Shown here piece after piece: positions 1-9,244 of a stretch of 64,000 bases of DNA; the first letter of the stretch is position 1, and each line of letters opens with the position of its first letter. Origin of the DNA: Escherichia coli (GTDB lineage Bacteria; Pseudomonadota; Gammaproteobacteria; Enterobacterales; Enterobacteriaceae). Below the pieces are notes generated by a model. The model made no database searches, was not told the DNA's origin, and saw only the letters and a list, made by a program, of their open reading frames with translations. The position numbers and the translations under genes were made by a program. The DNA lies in the NCBI RefSeq assembly GCF_003991155.1, contig NZ_CP031293.1. One strand, given 5' to 3'.

Positions 1-149
1 GCGATGGCATAAATAATAAAGCCGACTAAAAAGATATGACTGTTCATAATTCACATCCTGCCAGTAGAGAGAGAATAAAGTAAGAGTTCCCGGAGTGCTG
101 AATGTATTCAGCACTCAATTGCGGTCTATTTTTTTAATTCTTAAATTTA

Positions 150-539
150 TTAGCGGGTCGCGTTATAACAGGTCACATCGACTTCAACTTTACAATCGAC
201 AACCAGATCAGCTACACAACAAATACGTGCAGGCGGATTCTCGCCAAAAAATTCTCTGAATACTTTATTAAATGACTGGAAATAGCGGGCGTCGGTCAGG
301 ATCACTTTCACGTGAACCACATCCGCCAGGCTATAACCGGCTTCAGTCATGATGTCGACACAGTTTTGGATCGCCAGTCGTGACTGTTCAACGATACCGC
401 CTTCTACCACTTCACCGTTTTTCATGGGGGTTTGCCCGGAGACGTACAGCCAGCCGCCCGCCTCAACCGCCCTGGCAAACGGCAAATGCTGCCCGCCAGT
501 GCCTGTTCCACCTTCCGTACCGTAACGTTTAATACTCAT
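150..539 (-). CDS. RidA/YjgF-family reactive enamine/imine deaminase
   Basis: ORF track 150..545; ATG at 539 preceded by AAGGAG-like SD; translation MSIKRYGTEGG...CYNATR has the size (~129 aa) and sequence pattern of RidA/YjgF proteins; starts 10 bp after the stop of the upstream deacylase gene (operon-like). Confidence 0.7.
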   Translation of the reverse strand: MSIKRYGTEGGTGTGGQHLPFARAVEAGGWLYVSGQTPMKNGEVVEGGIVEQSRLAIQNCVDIMTEAGYSLADVVHVKVILTDARYFQSFNKVFREFFGENPPARICCVADLVVDCKVEVDVTCYNATR

Positions 540-548
540 ATTCACTCC

Positions 549-1991
549 TTAATGTGAGGTCTGGCGGCGCAGGAAGCGTCCCGCACGGCCTGTAATATGT
601 TTATCGGGACCATAGCTCATAACGCCGTTCACCATCACCGCCTCAATGCCATCTGCCGGGCGTTTGGGATCAGAAAAGCTGGCAACATCACGAATGGTTT
701 GTGGATCGAACAACACCAGGTCCGCAAAATAGCCGACTTTCACCAGCCCACGCTGAGGCAGACGAAAACGGCTGGCAGAAAGCCCGGTCATTTTGTGGAT
801 AGCCGTGGTCAGTGGGAATAAGCCTTCATCACGGCAATAGTGACCCAGCACGCGAGGGAAAGCGCCCCATAAACGCGGATGCGGCATGGGATCATTGGGC
901 AGTCCGTCAGAGCCAATCATACTGACCGGATAACTCAACACTCGGCGGACGTCGCGCTCGTCCATGTTGTAATAGATAGCCCCGGCAGGCATCAGCAACT
1001 TCGCGGCCTCCAGCATACTCATCTGCCAGTCGATGGCGATTTGCGCCAGTGTTTTCCCGGCCTGCTGCGGATGTGTTTGTGACCAGGTGATCACAATATC
1101 GAATTCGTCGGTGACTTGTTTGAGATCCAGCGTTGAAGAGCTGGCTGAGTAAGGGTAGACATCGCAGCCAATTTCCTGGTGTTGACGCATTTGGTCAAAA
1201 AAGGCCAACGTTTCTTTTGTCCGCCCCCAGTTTTTCGCCCCGGCGCATTTATGGTGGGAAACCACGACAGGCACTTTGCCATGACGCCCAATACGAAACG
1301 CCTCATCCAGGGCATCGAGAATCGGTTCAAATTCAGAACGCAGATGGGTGGTATAAACGCCCTTCTCACCGGCTAATTCTTCCGCCAGCGCCATGACTTC
1401 TTCGGTAGTCGCCTGAAATGCCGTTGCATAGGCCAGCCCGGAACTTAACCCCAGCGCCCCCTGACTCAACGCCAGACGTAAGTCGGCACGCATAGCGGCA
1501 ATTTCATCCACCGTCGCCGGGCGAAACAGGTCGTCCATATGGTTATTACGCAGCGCCGTATGACCAATCAGCGTGCCAACGTTCAGTGACGGCCTGGCTG
1601 CTTCCACTGCCTGGGCATAGCTTTCAACGGTAGGATAAATAAAGTGCTCTGCTTCCCCCAACAGATTCATCGGGTCAGGAACTTCACCTTTCATTTTCGC
1701 CGACGCCGCACTAATCCCGCAGTTACCGACAATCACCGTAGTGATCCCCTGGCTGATCTTTGGCAGATATTCCGGGATGCGAATAACGTTGATATCGTCA
1801 TGGGTATGAACGTCGATAAACCCTGGTGCCAGCACCCGCCCTTCCCCGTCAATGACCTGCTGCGCCGTAACGTTAAGCGCAGGGGCAATATCGACAATCC
1901 GATCACCTGTTATTGCCACGTCACCGCGAAATTCAGGGCCGCCGCTACCGTCGATAACGGTCACATTTTTGATTAACCAGTCAACCTGCAT
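549..1991 (-). CDS. N-acyl-D-amino-acid deacylase (D-aminoacylase, amidohydrolase-3 family)
   Basis: ORF track 549..2000; likely ATG at 1991 with GGAG SD 8 nt upstream; ~480 aa with metal-binding HTHDD motif near N-terminus and overall D-aminoacylase-like sequence. Confidence 0.7.
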   Translation of the reverse strand: MQVDWLIKNVTVIDGSGGPEFRGDVAITGDRIVDIAPALNVTAQQVIDGEGRVLAPGFIDVHTHDDINVIRIPEYLPKISQGITTVIVGNCGISAASAKMKGEVPDPMNLLGEAEHFIYPTVESYAQAVEAARPSLNVGTLIGHTALRNNHMDDLFRPATVDEIAAMRADLRLALSQGALGLSSGLAYATAFQATTEEVMALAEELAGEKGVYTTHLRSEFEPILDALDEAFRIGRHGKVPVVVSHHKCAGAKNWGRTKETLAFFDQMRQHQEIGCDVYPYSASSSTLDLKQVTDEFDIVITWSQTHPQQAGKTLAQIAIDWQMSMLEAAKLLMPAGAIYYNMDERDVRRVLSYPVSMIGSDGLPNDPMPHPRLWGAFPRVLGHYCRDEGLFPLTTAIHKMTGLSASRFRLPQRGLVKVGYFADLVLFDPQTIRDVASFSDPKRPADGIEAVMVNGVMSYGPDKHITGRAGRFLRRQTSH

Positions 1992-2191
1992 GTTCGTCAC
2001 TCCATTTCTGCAATGGTGACAAGTTAACCATTTACAAGGACGAAAAACAGTGGAAAACTACGCAAAACCCAGATGATTTTATGATACTTTTATTCATAAA
2101 TAATAAGATAAATAAACTAAATATTTATATTTCATTTAGTTACAAATGATACTCACATCCGATACGGTGAAAAACTTAAAAGGTAAATGTT

Positions 2192-3412
2192 ATGAAATAC
2201 CACTCAGAACCTCTGGTTCCCCATAAATCTGCCCTGATGCAAATGCCCGCAAATCTCCTTGCCGAAGATGTCTGTTTACCTGCCGCGATCATTAAAAAGC
2301 AGGCCCTGGAGAACAACATTACGTGGATGCAACGCTACGCTGACGCGCGCGGCGTTTCACTGGCACCGCACGGTAAAACCACCATGACGCCGTGGATTTT
2401 TCAGGCGCAGCAGGCGGCTGGTGCCTGGGCAATAGGTGTCGGTAGCGCATGGCAGGCTGGTGCGGCAATGGCGAGCGGTATTCAGCGAGTGCTGATGGTT
2501 AACCAGCTGGTCGGCAAGGCGAATATGCAGTTGATTGCCCAGTTGCAACGACATTACCCGACGGTCGATTTTATCTGCTGTATCGACAGCATTGAGAACG
2601 CCCGCGCTTTGTCTGCCTTTTTTGCCAGTCAGCAACAGACACTGAACGTGATGATTGAGTTGGGTGTCCCCGGCGGGCGCTGTGGTTGCCGCTCAAGGGA
2701 TGCCGCACTGACACTGGCTAAACAGGCAGCCCAATTACCGGGGTTACGCCTGCGGGGGCTTGAGTTATATGAAGGCGTTTTACACGGTGACGCTCCACAA
2801 CCGCAGGTAGAAGCTCTGCTGCGGGATGCCGCACAACTGGCCTGTGATATGGCAAGTCTGGTTGATGGCGAGTTTATTCTCACCGGAGCAGGCACGGTCT
2901 GGTATGACGTGGTGTGCAATATCTGGCTGGCGGCAGAAAAGCCTGATAACTGCCGCATTGTTATTCGCCCTGGCTGCTACATCACTCACGACACCGGGAT
3001 CTACGACGCGGCACAACAACAGTTGCTTGCCCGTGATCCTGTGGCCTGCGATCTGGCAGGCGATCTCACATCTGCGCTGGAACTGGTCGCCATGGTGCAA
3101 TCGGTGCCGGAAGCTGATCGTGCGGTGGTAAATTTTGGTAAGCGTGATTGCGCCTTCGACGCCGGACTGCCGCAACCAGTCGCCCACTACCGCAACGGCA
3201 AATCACTGGCATTTGATCCACAGGCGATTCGCAGTACAGGTATTATGGATCAGCACTGCATGTTGCAACTGTCAGCTAATAGCGACGTGCAAGTGGGGGA
3301 TATTCTGGTGTTTGGCACATCGCATCCGTGCCTGACCTTCGACAAATGGAAAACGTTGTTATTGACTGATGACGACTACAACGTACTGGCAGAATTAGAC
3401 ACTCTCTTCTAA
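2192..3412 (+). CDS. PLP-dependent alanine-racemase-fold enzyme, D-serine dehydratase-like (DSD1)/D-threonine aldolase family
   Basis: 406 aa ORF with PHGKTT motif (candidate PLP lysine) near N-terminus; divergent from the deacylase/RidA pair; followed by a hairpin terminator. Confidence 0.55.
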   Translation: MKYHSEPLVPHKSALMQMPANLLAEDVCLPAAIIKKQALENNITWMQRYADARGVSLAPHGKTTMTPWIFQAQQAAGAWAIGVGSAWQAGAAMASGIQRVLMVNQLVGKANMQLIAQLQRHYPTVDFICCIDSIENARALSAFFASQQQTLNVMIELGVPGGRCGCRSRDAALTLAKQAAQLPGLRLRGLELYEGVLHGDAPQPQVEALLRDAAQLACDMASLVDGEFILTGAGTVWYDVVCNIWLAAEKPDNCRIVIRPGCYITHDTGIYDAAQQQLLARDPVACDLAGDLTSALELVAMVQSVPEADRAVVNFGKRDCAFDAGLPQPVAHYRNGKSLAFDPQAIRSTGIMDQHCMLQLSANSDVQVGDILVFGTSHPCLTFDKWKTLLLTDDDYNVLAELDTLF

Positions 3413-3416
3413 GAAC

Positions 3417-3451
3417 GCCCCTTCGGTTAATTATCGAAGGGGCATTTTTAT
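3417..3451 (+). terminator. Rho-independent terminator after the DSD1-like gene
   Basis: GCCCCTTCG ... CGAAGGGGC stem followed by ATTTTTATT. Confidence 0.55.
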
Positions 3452-3495
3452 TGTGATCTCAATCACATATCCACCCGACGAATAATTCTTGCCCA

Positions 3496-3523
3496 ACCGC
3501 TCACCGCCATTCCTGACCGCTTA
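3496..3523 (+). promoter_or_regulatory. Putative BtsR (YehT) binding site: direct repeat ACCGCTCA-N12-ACCGCTTA upstream of btsT
   Basis: Two copies of ACC(G)CT(C/T)A about 12-13 bp apart, roughly 160-180 bp upstream of the btsT start; matches the reported LytTR-type BtsR motif in the yjiY promoter. Confidence 0.5.
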
Positions 3524-3679
3524 CATCCCTAAAATAACCACTCAGTTATTTACCTTACTTTACGCGCGCGTAACTCTGGCAACATCACTGCAGGATAGCG
3601 GTCAATTTACCTCCTCAAACGCAACGCAAACCTAGAACGGCTTCGGCCAACTATTAATCAATACATGCCAGGTTTTACT

Positions 3680-5830
3680 ATGGATACTAAAAAGATATTC
3701 AAGCACATACCCTGGGTGATTCTCGGAATCATCGGTGCATTCTGCCTCGCGGTAGTTGCATTACGTCGGGGGGAGCACGTCAGTGCCCTGTGGATCGTGG
3801 TCGCCTCTGTGTCGGTGTATCTGGTGGCTTATCGCTACTACAGTCTGTACATCGCCCAGAAGGTGATGAAACTCGACCCCACGCGCGCGACGCCTGCGGT
3901 TATTAACAACGACGGTCTGAACTATGTTCCGACCAACCGTTACGTGTTGTTTGGTCACCACTTCGCCGCTATCGCCGGTGCTGGTCCGCTGGTTGGTCCG
4001 GTTCTCGCCGCGCAGATGGGCTACCTGCCTGGCACGCTGTGGCTGCTGGCGGGGGTAGTGCTGGCCGGTGCGGTACAGGACTTTATGGTGCTGTTTATCT
4101 CCTCTCGCCGTAACGGCGCATCTCTCGGTGAGATGATCAAAGAAGAGATGGGACCAGTACCGGGGACTATCGCGCTGTTTGGCTGTTTCTTAATCATGAT
4201 CATCATCCTTGCCGTCCTGGCGCTGATTGTGGTTAAAGCCCTGGCCGAAAGTCCGTGGGGTGTCTTCACCGTTTGCTCAACCGTACCGATTGCGCTGTTT
4301 ATGGGTATCTACATGCGCTTTATTCGTCCGGGGCGTGTGGGTGAAGTCTCTGTCATTGGTATCGTGCTGCTGGTTGCCTCTATCTACTTCGGTGGCGTGA
4401 TTGCTCACGATCCGTACTGGGGTCCGGCACTGACCTTTAAAGACACCACCATTACCTTCGCGCTGATTGGCTATGCGTTTGTTTCCGCACTGCTGCCAGT
4501 GTGGCTGATCCTCGCACCGCGCGACTATCTGGCAACCTTCCTGAAAATCGGCGTTATCGTCGGCCTGGCGCTGGGTATCGTGGTGTTGAACCCGGAACTG
4601 AAAATGCCTGCGATGACCCAGTACATTGACGGTACTGGCCCGCTGTGGAAAGGCGCTCTGTTCCCGTTCCTGTTCATCACCATCGCCTGTGGTGCGGTAT
4701 CTGGCTTCCACGCGCTGATCTCTTCCGGTACGACGCCGAAACTGCTGGCTAACGAAACCGACGCGCGTTTCATCGGCTACGGCGCAATGCTGATGGAATC
4801 CTTCGTGGCGATTATGGCGCTGGTTGCTGCGTCCATCATCGAACCGGGTCTTTACTTCGCGATGAACACCCCGCCTGCTGGCCTTGGCATCACCATGCCT
4901 AACCTGCATGAAATGGGTGGCGAGAACGCGCCGATCATCATGGCGCAGCTGAAAGACGTTACCGCACACGCGGCAGCGACCGTCAGCTCCTGGGGCTTCG
5001 TGATTTCGCCAGAGCAGATCCTGCAAACCGCGAAAGACATTGGTGAGCCTTCTGTCCTGAACCGTGCAGGTGGTGCGCCGACGCTGGCGGTAGGTATCGC
5101 TCACGTGTTCCACAAAGTGCTGCCGATGGCTGACATGGGCTTCTGGTATCACTTCGGTATTCTGTTCGAAGCCCTGTTCATCCTGACCGCGCTGGATGCG
5201 GGTACCCGTTCTGGTCGCTTTATGCTTCAAGACCTGCTGGGTAACTTCATCCCGTTCCTGAAAAAAACCGACTCTCTGGTTGCCGGTATCATCGGTACTG
5301 CGGGCTGTGTGGGTCTGTGGGGCTACCTGCTGTATCAGGGCGTGGTCGATCCGCTGGGCGGCGTTAAGAGCCTGTGGCCGCTGTTCGGTATCTCCAACCA
5401 GATGCTGGCAGCCGTAGCGCTGGTACTGGGCACCGTTGTGCTGATTAAGATGAAGCGCACCCAATACATCTGGGTAACTGTTGTTCCGGCTGTATGGCTG
5501 CTTATCTGCACCACCTGGGCGCTGGGCCTGAAACTGTTCAGCACCAACCCGCAGATGGAAGGCTTCTTCTACATGGCAAGCCAGTACAAAGAGAAGATTG
5601 CTAACGGTACTGACCTGACGGCACAGCAGATTGCCAACATGAACCACATCGTTGTGAACAACTACACCAACGCAGGTCTGAGTATTCTGTTCCTGATTGT
5701 GGTGTACAGCATCATCTTCTACGGTTTCAAAACCTGGCTGAAGGTGCGTAACAGCGACAAACGTACTGACAAAGAAACTCCGTACGTTCCAATCCCGGAA
5801 GGCGGCGTGAAGATCTCTTCGCACCACTAA
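3680..5830 (+). CDS. btsT: Pyruvate/H+ symporter, CstA family
   Basis: 716 aa from ATG at 3680 (MDTKKIFKHIPWVILG...); multi-pass membrane protein sequence recognised as BtsT/YjiY; ORF track 3665..5830. Confidence 0.9.
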   Translation: MDTKKIFKHIPWVILGIIGAFCLAVVALRRGEHVSALWIVVASVSVYLVAYRYYSLYIAQKVMKLDPTRATPAVINNDGLNYVPTNRYVLFGHHFAAIAGAGPLVGPVLAAQMGYLPGTLWLLAGVVLAGAVQDFMVLFISSRRNGASLGEMIKEEMGPVPGTIALFGCFLIMIIILAVLALIVVKALAESPWGVFTVCSTVPIALFMGIYMRFIRPGRVGEVSVIGIVLLVASIYFGGVIAHDPYWGPALTFKDTTITFALIGYAFVSALLPVWLILAPRDYLATFLKIGVIVGLALGIVVLNPELKMPAMTQYIDGTGPLWKGALFPFLFITIACGAVSGFHALISSGTTPKLLANETDARFIGYGAMLMESFVAIMALVAASIIEPGLYFAMNTPPAGLGITMPNLHEMGGENAPIIMAQLKDVTAHAAATVSSWGFVISPEQILQTAKDIGEPSVLNRAGGAPTLAVGIAHVFHKVLPMADMGFWYHFGILFEALFILTALDAGTRSGRFMLQDLLGNFIPFLKKTDSLVAGIIGTAGCVGLWGYLLYQGVVDPLGGVKSLWPLFGISNQMLAAVALVLGTVVLIKMKRTQYIWVTVVPAVWLLICTTWALGLKLFSTNPQMEGFFYMASQYKEKIANGTDLTAQQIANMNHIVVNNYTNAGLSILFLIVVYSIIFYGFKTWLKVRNSDKRTDKETPYVPIPEGGVKISSHH

Positions 5831-5838
5831 CCGTGTTT

Positions 5839-5866
5839 AGCCCCGCTTCGGCGGGGCTTTGTTCTT
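5839..5866 (+). terminator. Rho-independent terminator after btsT
   Basis: AGCCCCGC-TTCG-GCGGGGCT hairpin followed by TTGTTCTT. Confidence 0.55.
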
Positions 5867-5879
5867 ATCAGAGTGAACT

Positions 5880-6083
5880 ATGTTTGGTAACTTAGGACAG
5901 GCAAAAAAATATCTCGGCCAGGCGGCGAAGATGTTGATTGGCATTCCAGACTACGACAACTACGTCGAGCATATGAAGACCAACCATCCCGACAAGCCGT
6001 ACATGAGCTATGAAGAATTCTTCCGCGAACGCCAGAACGCACGCTACGGCGGCGATGGTAAAGGCGGTATGCGCTGTTGTTAA
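5880..6083 (+). CDS. yjiX: Small conserved protein YjiX (DUF466)
   Basis: 67 aa [17 protein letters not shown]...GMRCC, directly downstream of btsT as in E. coli. Confidence 0.85.
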
Positions 6084-6093
6084 CGGAGAGAGC

Positions 6094-7050
6094 ATGAACC
6101 CGATTGCAGTTACCCTACTCACCGGTTTTTTAGGCGCGGGCAAAACTACCCTGCTGCGCCATATTCTTAACGAACAGCACGGCTACAAGATTGCCGTGAT
6201 TGAAAACGAATTCGGCGAAGTCTCCGTTGATGATCAACTGATTGGCGACCGCGCCACGCAGATCAAAACGCTGACCAACGGCTGCATCTGCTGTTCGCGC
6301 TCCAACGAGCTGGAAGACGCACTACTCGACCTGCTGGATAATCTCGACAAGGGCAATATTCAGTTCGACCGTCTGGTCATTGAATGCACCGGCATGGCCG
6401 ATCCCGGCCCGATTATTCAGACCTTTTTCTCCCATGAGATTTTATGCCAGCGCTACCTGCTGGACGGCGTGATTGCGCTGGTGGATGCGGTACATGCCGA
6501 TGAGCAGATGAACCAGTTCACCATCGCCCAGTCACAGGTTGGCTACGCCGACCGTATTCTGCTGACTAAAACCGACGTCGCAGGCGAAGCAGAAAAACTG
6601 CGTGAACGCCTGGCGCGCATCAACGCCCGTGCACCGATCTACACCGTCACCCACGGCGACATCGACCTGGGCCTGCTGTTCAACACCAACGGTTTTATGC
6701 TGGAAGAGAACGTCGTCAGCACCAAACCGCGTTTCCACTTTATCGCGGACAAACAAAACGATATTTCGTCGATTGTGGTGGAACTGGATTACCCGGTAGA
6801 TATCAGCGAAGTTTCCCGCGTGATGGAAAACCTGCTGCTGGAGTCGGCGGATAAACTACTGCGTTACAAAGGGATGCTATGGATTGACGGCGAACCTAAT
6901 CGCCTGCTGTTCCAGGGCGTCCAACGCCTCTACAGCGCCGACTGGGACCGCCCGTGGGGCGATGAAACACCGCATAGCACAATGGTGTTTATCGGGATTC
7001 AGCTGCCGGAGGATGAGATTCGGGCGGCGTTTGCGGGGTTGAGGAAGTAA
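6094..7050 (+). CDS. yjiA: CobW/P47K-family GTPase YjiA
   Basis: ATG at 6094 gives 318 aa MNPIAVTLLTGFLGAGKTTLL... with GTP-binding P-loop and CxCC motif; ORF track 6010..7050 extends upstream in frame. Confidence 0.85.
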   Translation: MNPIAVTLLTGFLGAGKTTLLRHILNEQHGYKIAVIENEFGEVSVDDQLIGDRATQIKTLTNGCICCSRSNELEDALLDLLDNLDKGNIQFDRLVIECTGMADPGPIIQTFFSHEILCQRYLLDGVIALVDAVHADEQMNQFTIAQSQVGYADRILLTKTDVAGEAEKLRERLARINARAPIYTVTHGDIDLGLLFNTNGFMLEENVVSTKPRFHFIADKQNDISSIVVELDYPVDISEVSRVMENLLLESADKLLRYKGMLWIDGEPNRLLFQGVQRLYSADWDRPWGDETPHSTMVFIGIQLPEDEIRAAFAGLRK

Positions 7051-7083
7051 TTTTGGATGATGGCCGCCATGTGGCGGCCTGAA

Positions 7084-7386
7084 TTATTTTTTGTTCTGAT
7101 CGCGCAGCATCGCTTCACGTAAAATTGCGTTCAGGCGAGTTTGATAGCCTTTACCTGGTCGCTTCAACCATTCCATCACATCAGAATCAATACGCACCGA
7201 GGCCTGAGTTTTCAATGGCCGATAAAACTTACCGCGTTCTGCGTTAGACCATTGCTCATCGCTGGAAGGTGGGATATCACTGTAATCAATATCTTCGTCG
7301 GATTTATTCGCCAGCGCCTTCAGTTCGGCCTCATGCTGCACATCGAGTGTAGAGGAGGTCCCTCGTTTATGTTTAACCATGCTCAT
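7084..7386 (-). CDS. BrnA-like antitoxin (ribbon-helix-helix type)
   Basis: ATG at 7386 (MSMVKHKRGTSSTLD...); downstream of and overlapping the BrnT-like gene by 14 bp in the toxin-first order typical of brnTA. Confidence 0.6.
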   Translation of the reverse strand: MSMVKHKRGTSSTLDVQHEAELKALANKSDEDIDYSDIPPSSDEQWSNAERGKFYRPLKTQASVRIDSDVMEWLKRPGKGYQTRLNAILREAMLRDQNKK

Positions 7387-7654
7387 AGCGATTCCTCTCT
7401 TTACGATCTGCTTTTCGTGCACTGATGATTCGAATAATTTCATTTCCGCTTTCGAAACGGATGGTATGCGCAACCAGAATAACCACGATGCCGTAAACCA
7501 GGCCGATTGTCTGCCAGCGATACTCACCGTTTTCTATGCGTTCTTGCTGTGACAAATGTTGTGGATCATCAAACACTAACACCGCATCTTCAAAGCGGAT
7601 GCCATGTTTCACCCGATTACTTTTGGCCTTGTTTGCATCCCATTCAAACTCCAT
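7373..7654 (-). CDS. BrnT-like toxin (DUF497 ribonuclease toxin family)
   Basis: Translation MEFEWDANKAKSNRVKHGIRFEDA... matches the conserved N-terminal signature of BrnT/DUF497 toxins; start taken at ATG 7654 (in-frame alternatives at 7660 and 7669). Confidence 0.65.
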   Translation of the reverse strand: MEFEWDANKAKSNRVKHGIRFEDAVLVFDDPQHLSQQERIENGEYRWQTIGLVYGIVVILVAHTIRFESGNEIIRIISARKADRKERNRYEHG

Positions 7655-7856
7655 TGGCATAGTTGCCATCCCTAATTGTATATACAAAAATGTATCTACA
7701 ATTATTCTGCAATTATAGCGTTGATGTTGGAAATAGCATCACGTTTTGGATAATCAACCATGAAATTGACAATGAGTGAGTTGGACTTGATTCATCCAAT
7801 AGAATTTCTCGCCTGACATGGCACACTAAACACCTCGCTGTCGTTAAGGGATTACC

Positions 7857-9023
7857 GTGAAAAACTACAAAGTCATTACCCCGCTTTTTCCTACCTATGC
7901 GCAAGTTAAGGCTATGATGAAAGCCGTCTCAGGCTATTCCCTGAAAGCGGTGCGCAATATGATTACTGCCATTCACGAGCAAACCGGTACGCCGCAAAAA
8001 CCCGTTGACTGGTCAGAACCCGACCTGTGGATCAGCGAGCGCTTAACGGGTGAAGATGCCGACATCGCCCGTCGTATTTGGGATACCGATAATCACATCT
8101 TGAACCCGCGCCACAGCTACGGCTGCTACTTATTCCTCAACTATCCCCAGTTTGAGCTGATGGAAAGCACACCAGATGATATCTGGCAGCCCACCTCGCG
8201 CGGGCAAAAATTCCTGCAAGATGACGAAAAAACGCTGCGTTCACTGGACGACCAGGAAGGCATTCTGCAACTGCTTGAGCTGCTGGCTGGCCGGGAAATG
8301 TCGCGCCGCGCCGATTTATTGCCGGAATGGCAGGCCTTTTTGCATCAGCATTCGAAATTCGCGTCAGCAAGTTCAGTGAAAAGCACGCTCTACTCCCGTC
8401 TCTATAACCTTATCGACCGTGACATGGTTAACCGTGAAGGCATGAGCTATCGCATCACCGATACCGGGCGCGCCTGGCTTGGAAAAGCGTTGCCAGCACG
8501 AAAAAGCGATCCGCGTAAAGAGCTGTTGGAAGCGGTAAAACGCTATAACGAACAGCAAAAAGAGCTGCTGCGCGAACAAATCAGCACGATGAACCCGTAC
8601 AAATTTGAGCAACTGGTTGGTCAATTACTGGAAGCAATGGGCTACGAGCAGGTCGAAGTGACCAAAGCCTCAGGCGACAAAGGTGTGGACGTGATTGGTC
8701 AGGTGCAGGTCGGCATCACCACTATTACCGAAGTGGTGCAGGTCAAAAGAATGCAGAACACTATCACTCGCCCGTATATCGACCAGTTGCGCGGGGCGTT
8801 GCCTTACCACAAAGCCATTCGCGGTACGCTCATCACCACCGGGAAATTTGCGGCGAAATGTGCAGAAGCGGCGCTCTTTCCGGGTGCCGCGCCCATTACG
8901 CTTATCGACGGCGATCGTTTACTGGAACTGTTAATCGAAAATAACGTCGGCATTCGCCGCAGCAATGCAGTGGAATTGCTGGATGTGGATTTGCAGTTGT
9001 TTGATGAGCTGGAGATGGATTAA
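7857..9023 (+). CDS. Mrr-family (type IV-like) restriction endonuclease with extended N-terminal region
   Basis: C-terminal ~130 aa carry the Mrr catalytic core (GDKGVDVIG ... EVVQVKR ... LITTGKF ... LIDGDRL); winged-helix-like segment (SYRITDTGRAWL) upstream; start codon uncertain (GTG 7857 or internal ATG). Confidence 0.65.
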   Translation: MKNYKVITPLFPTYAQVKAMMKAVSGYSLKAVRNMITAIHEQTGTPQKPVDWSEPDLWISERLTGEDADIARRIWDTDNHILNPRHSYGCYLFLNYPQFELMESTPDDIWQPTSRGQKFLQDDEKTLRSLDDQEGILQLLELLAGREMSRRADLLPEWQAFLHQHSKFASASSVKSTLYSRLYNLIDRDMVNREGMSYRITDTGRAWLGKALPARKSDPRKELLEAVKRYNEQQKELLREQISTMNPYKFEQLVGQLLEAMGYEQVEVTKASGDKGVDVIGQVQVGITTITEVVQVKRMQNTITRPYIDQLRGALPYHKAIRGTLITTGKFAAKCAEAALFPGAAPITLIDGDRLLELLIENNVGIRRSNAVELLDVDLQLFDELEMD

Positions 9024-9067
9024 AGGGCGAAATCTGCCGCCTCTACCATTACAATACGGAGTTCATC

Positions 9068-9244
9068 GTGGTCAAAGCACCAACTAAAAAAGCCAAAGCA
9101 AAGAAAAGCTCTGAAGAAACATTATGTGATACCACAAACCAATTTCGTGGTAGCGTTGAGTCCTCCGAATACAAGCACGTGGTGTTAAGCCTCGTGCTCC
9201 AGAAACTCATCAGCGATAAGTTTGAAGCACGCCGCAAAAAATGA
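9068..9244 (+). pseudogene. Truncated 5' fragment of a type I R-M methyltransferase gene (hsdM N-terminal domain only)
   Basis: Reading frame VVKAPTKKAKAKKSSEETLCDTTNQFRGSVESSEYKHVVLSLVLQKLISDKFEARRKK-stop; the SEYKHVV...ISD motif is the hallmark of HsdM N-terminal domains; frame ends after 58 codons. Confidence 0.55.

Noticed and set aside
93-116. Perfect 11-bp inverted repeat GAGTGCTGAAT/ATTCAGCACTC downstream of the RidA gene
   Set aside because: Loop of only 2 nt and no adjacent U-tract on the RidA strand, so not a convincing intrinsic terminator; possibly a protein-binding palindrome, but unsupported.
4277-5827. 516-aa minus-strand ORF antisense to btsT
   Set aside because: Lies entirely inside btsT on the opposite strand with an arginine/histidine-rich low-complexity translation, typical of a spurious open frame opposite a GC-rich gene.
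9049-9237. 62-aa minus-strand ORF over the hsdM remnant
   Set aside because: The plus-strand frame carries the recognisable HsdM N-terminal motif; the antisense frame is spurious.
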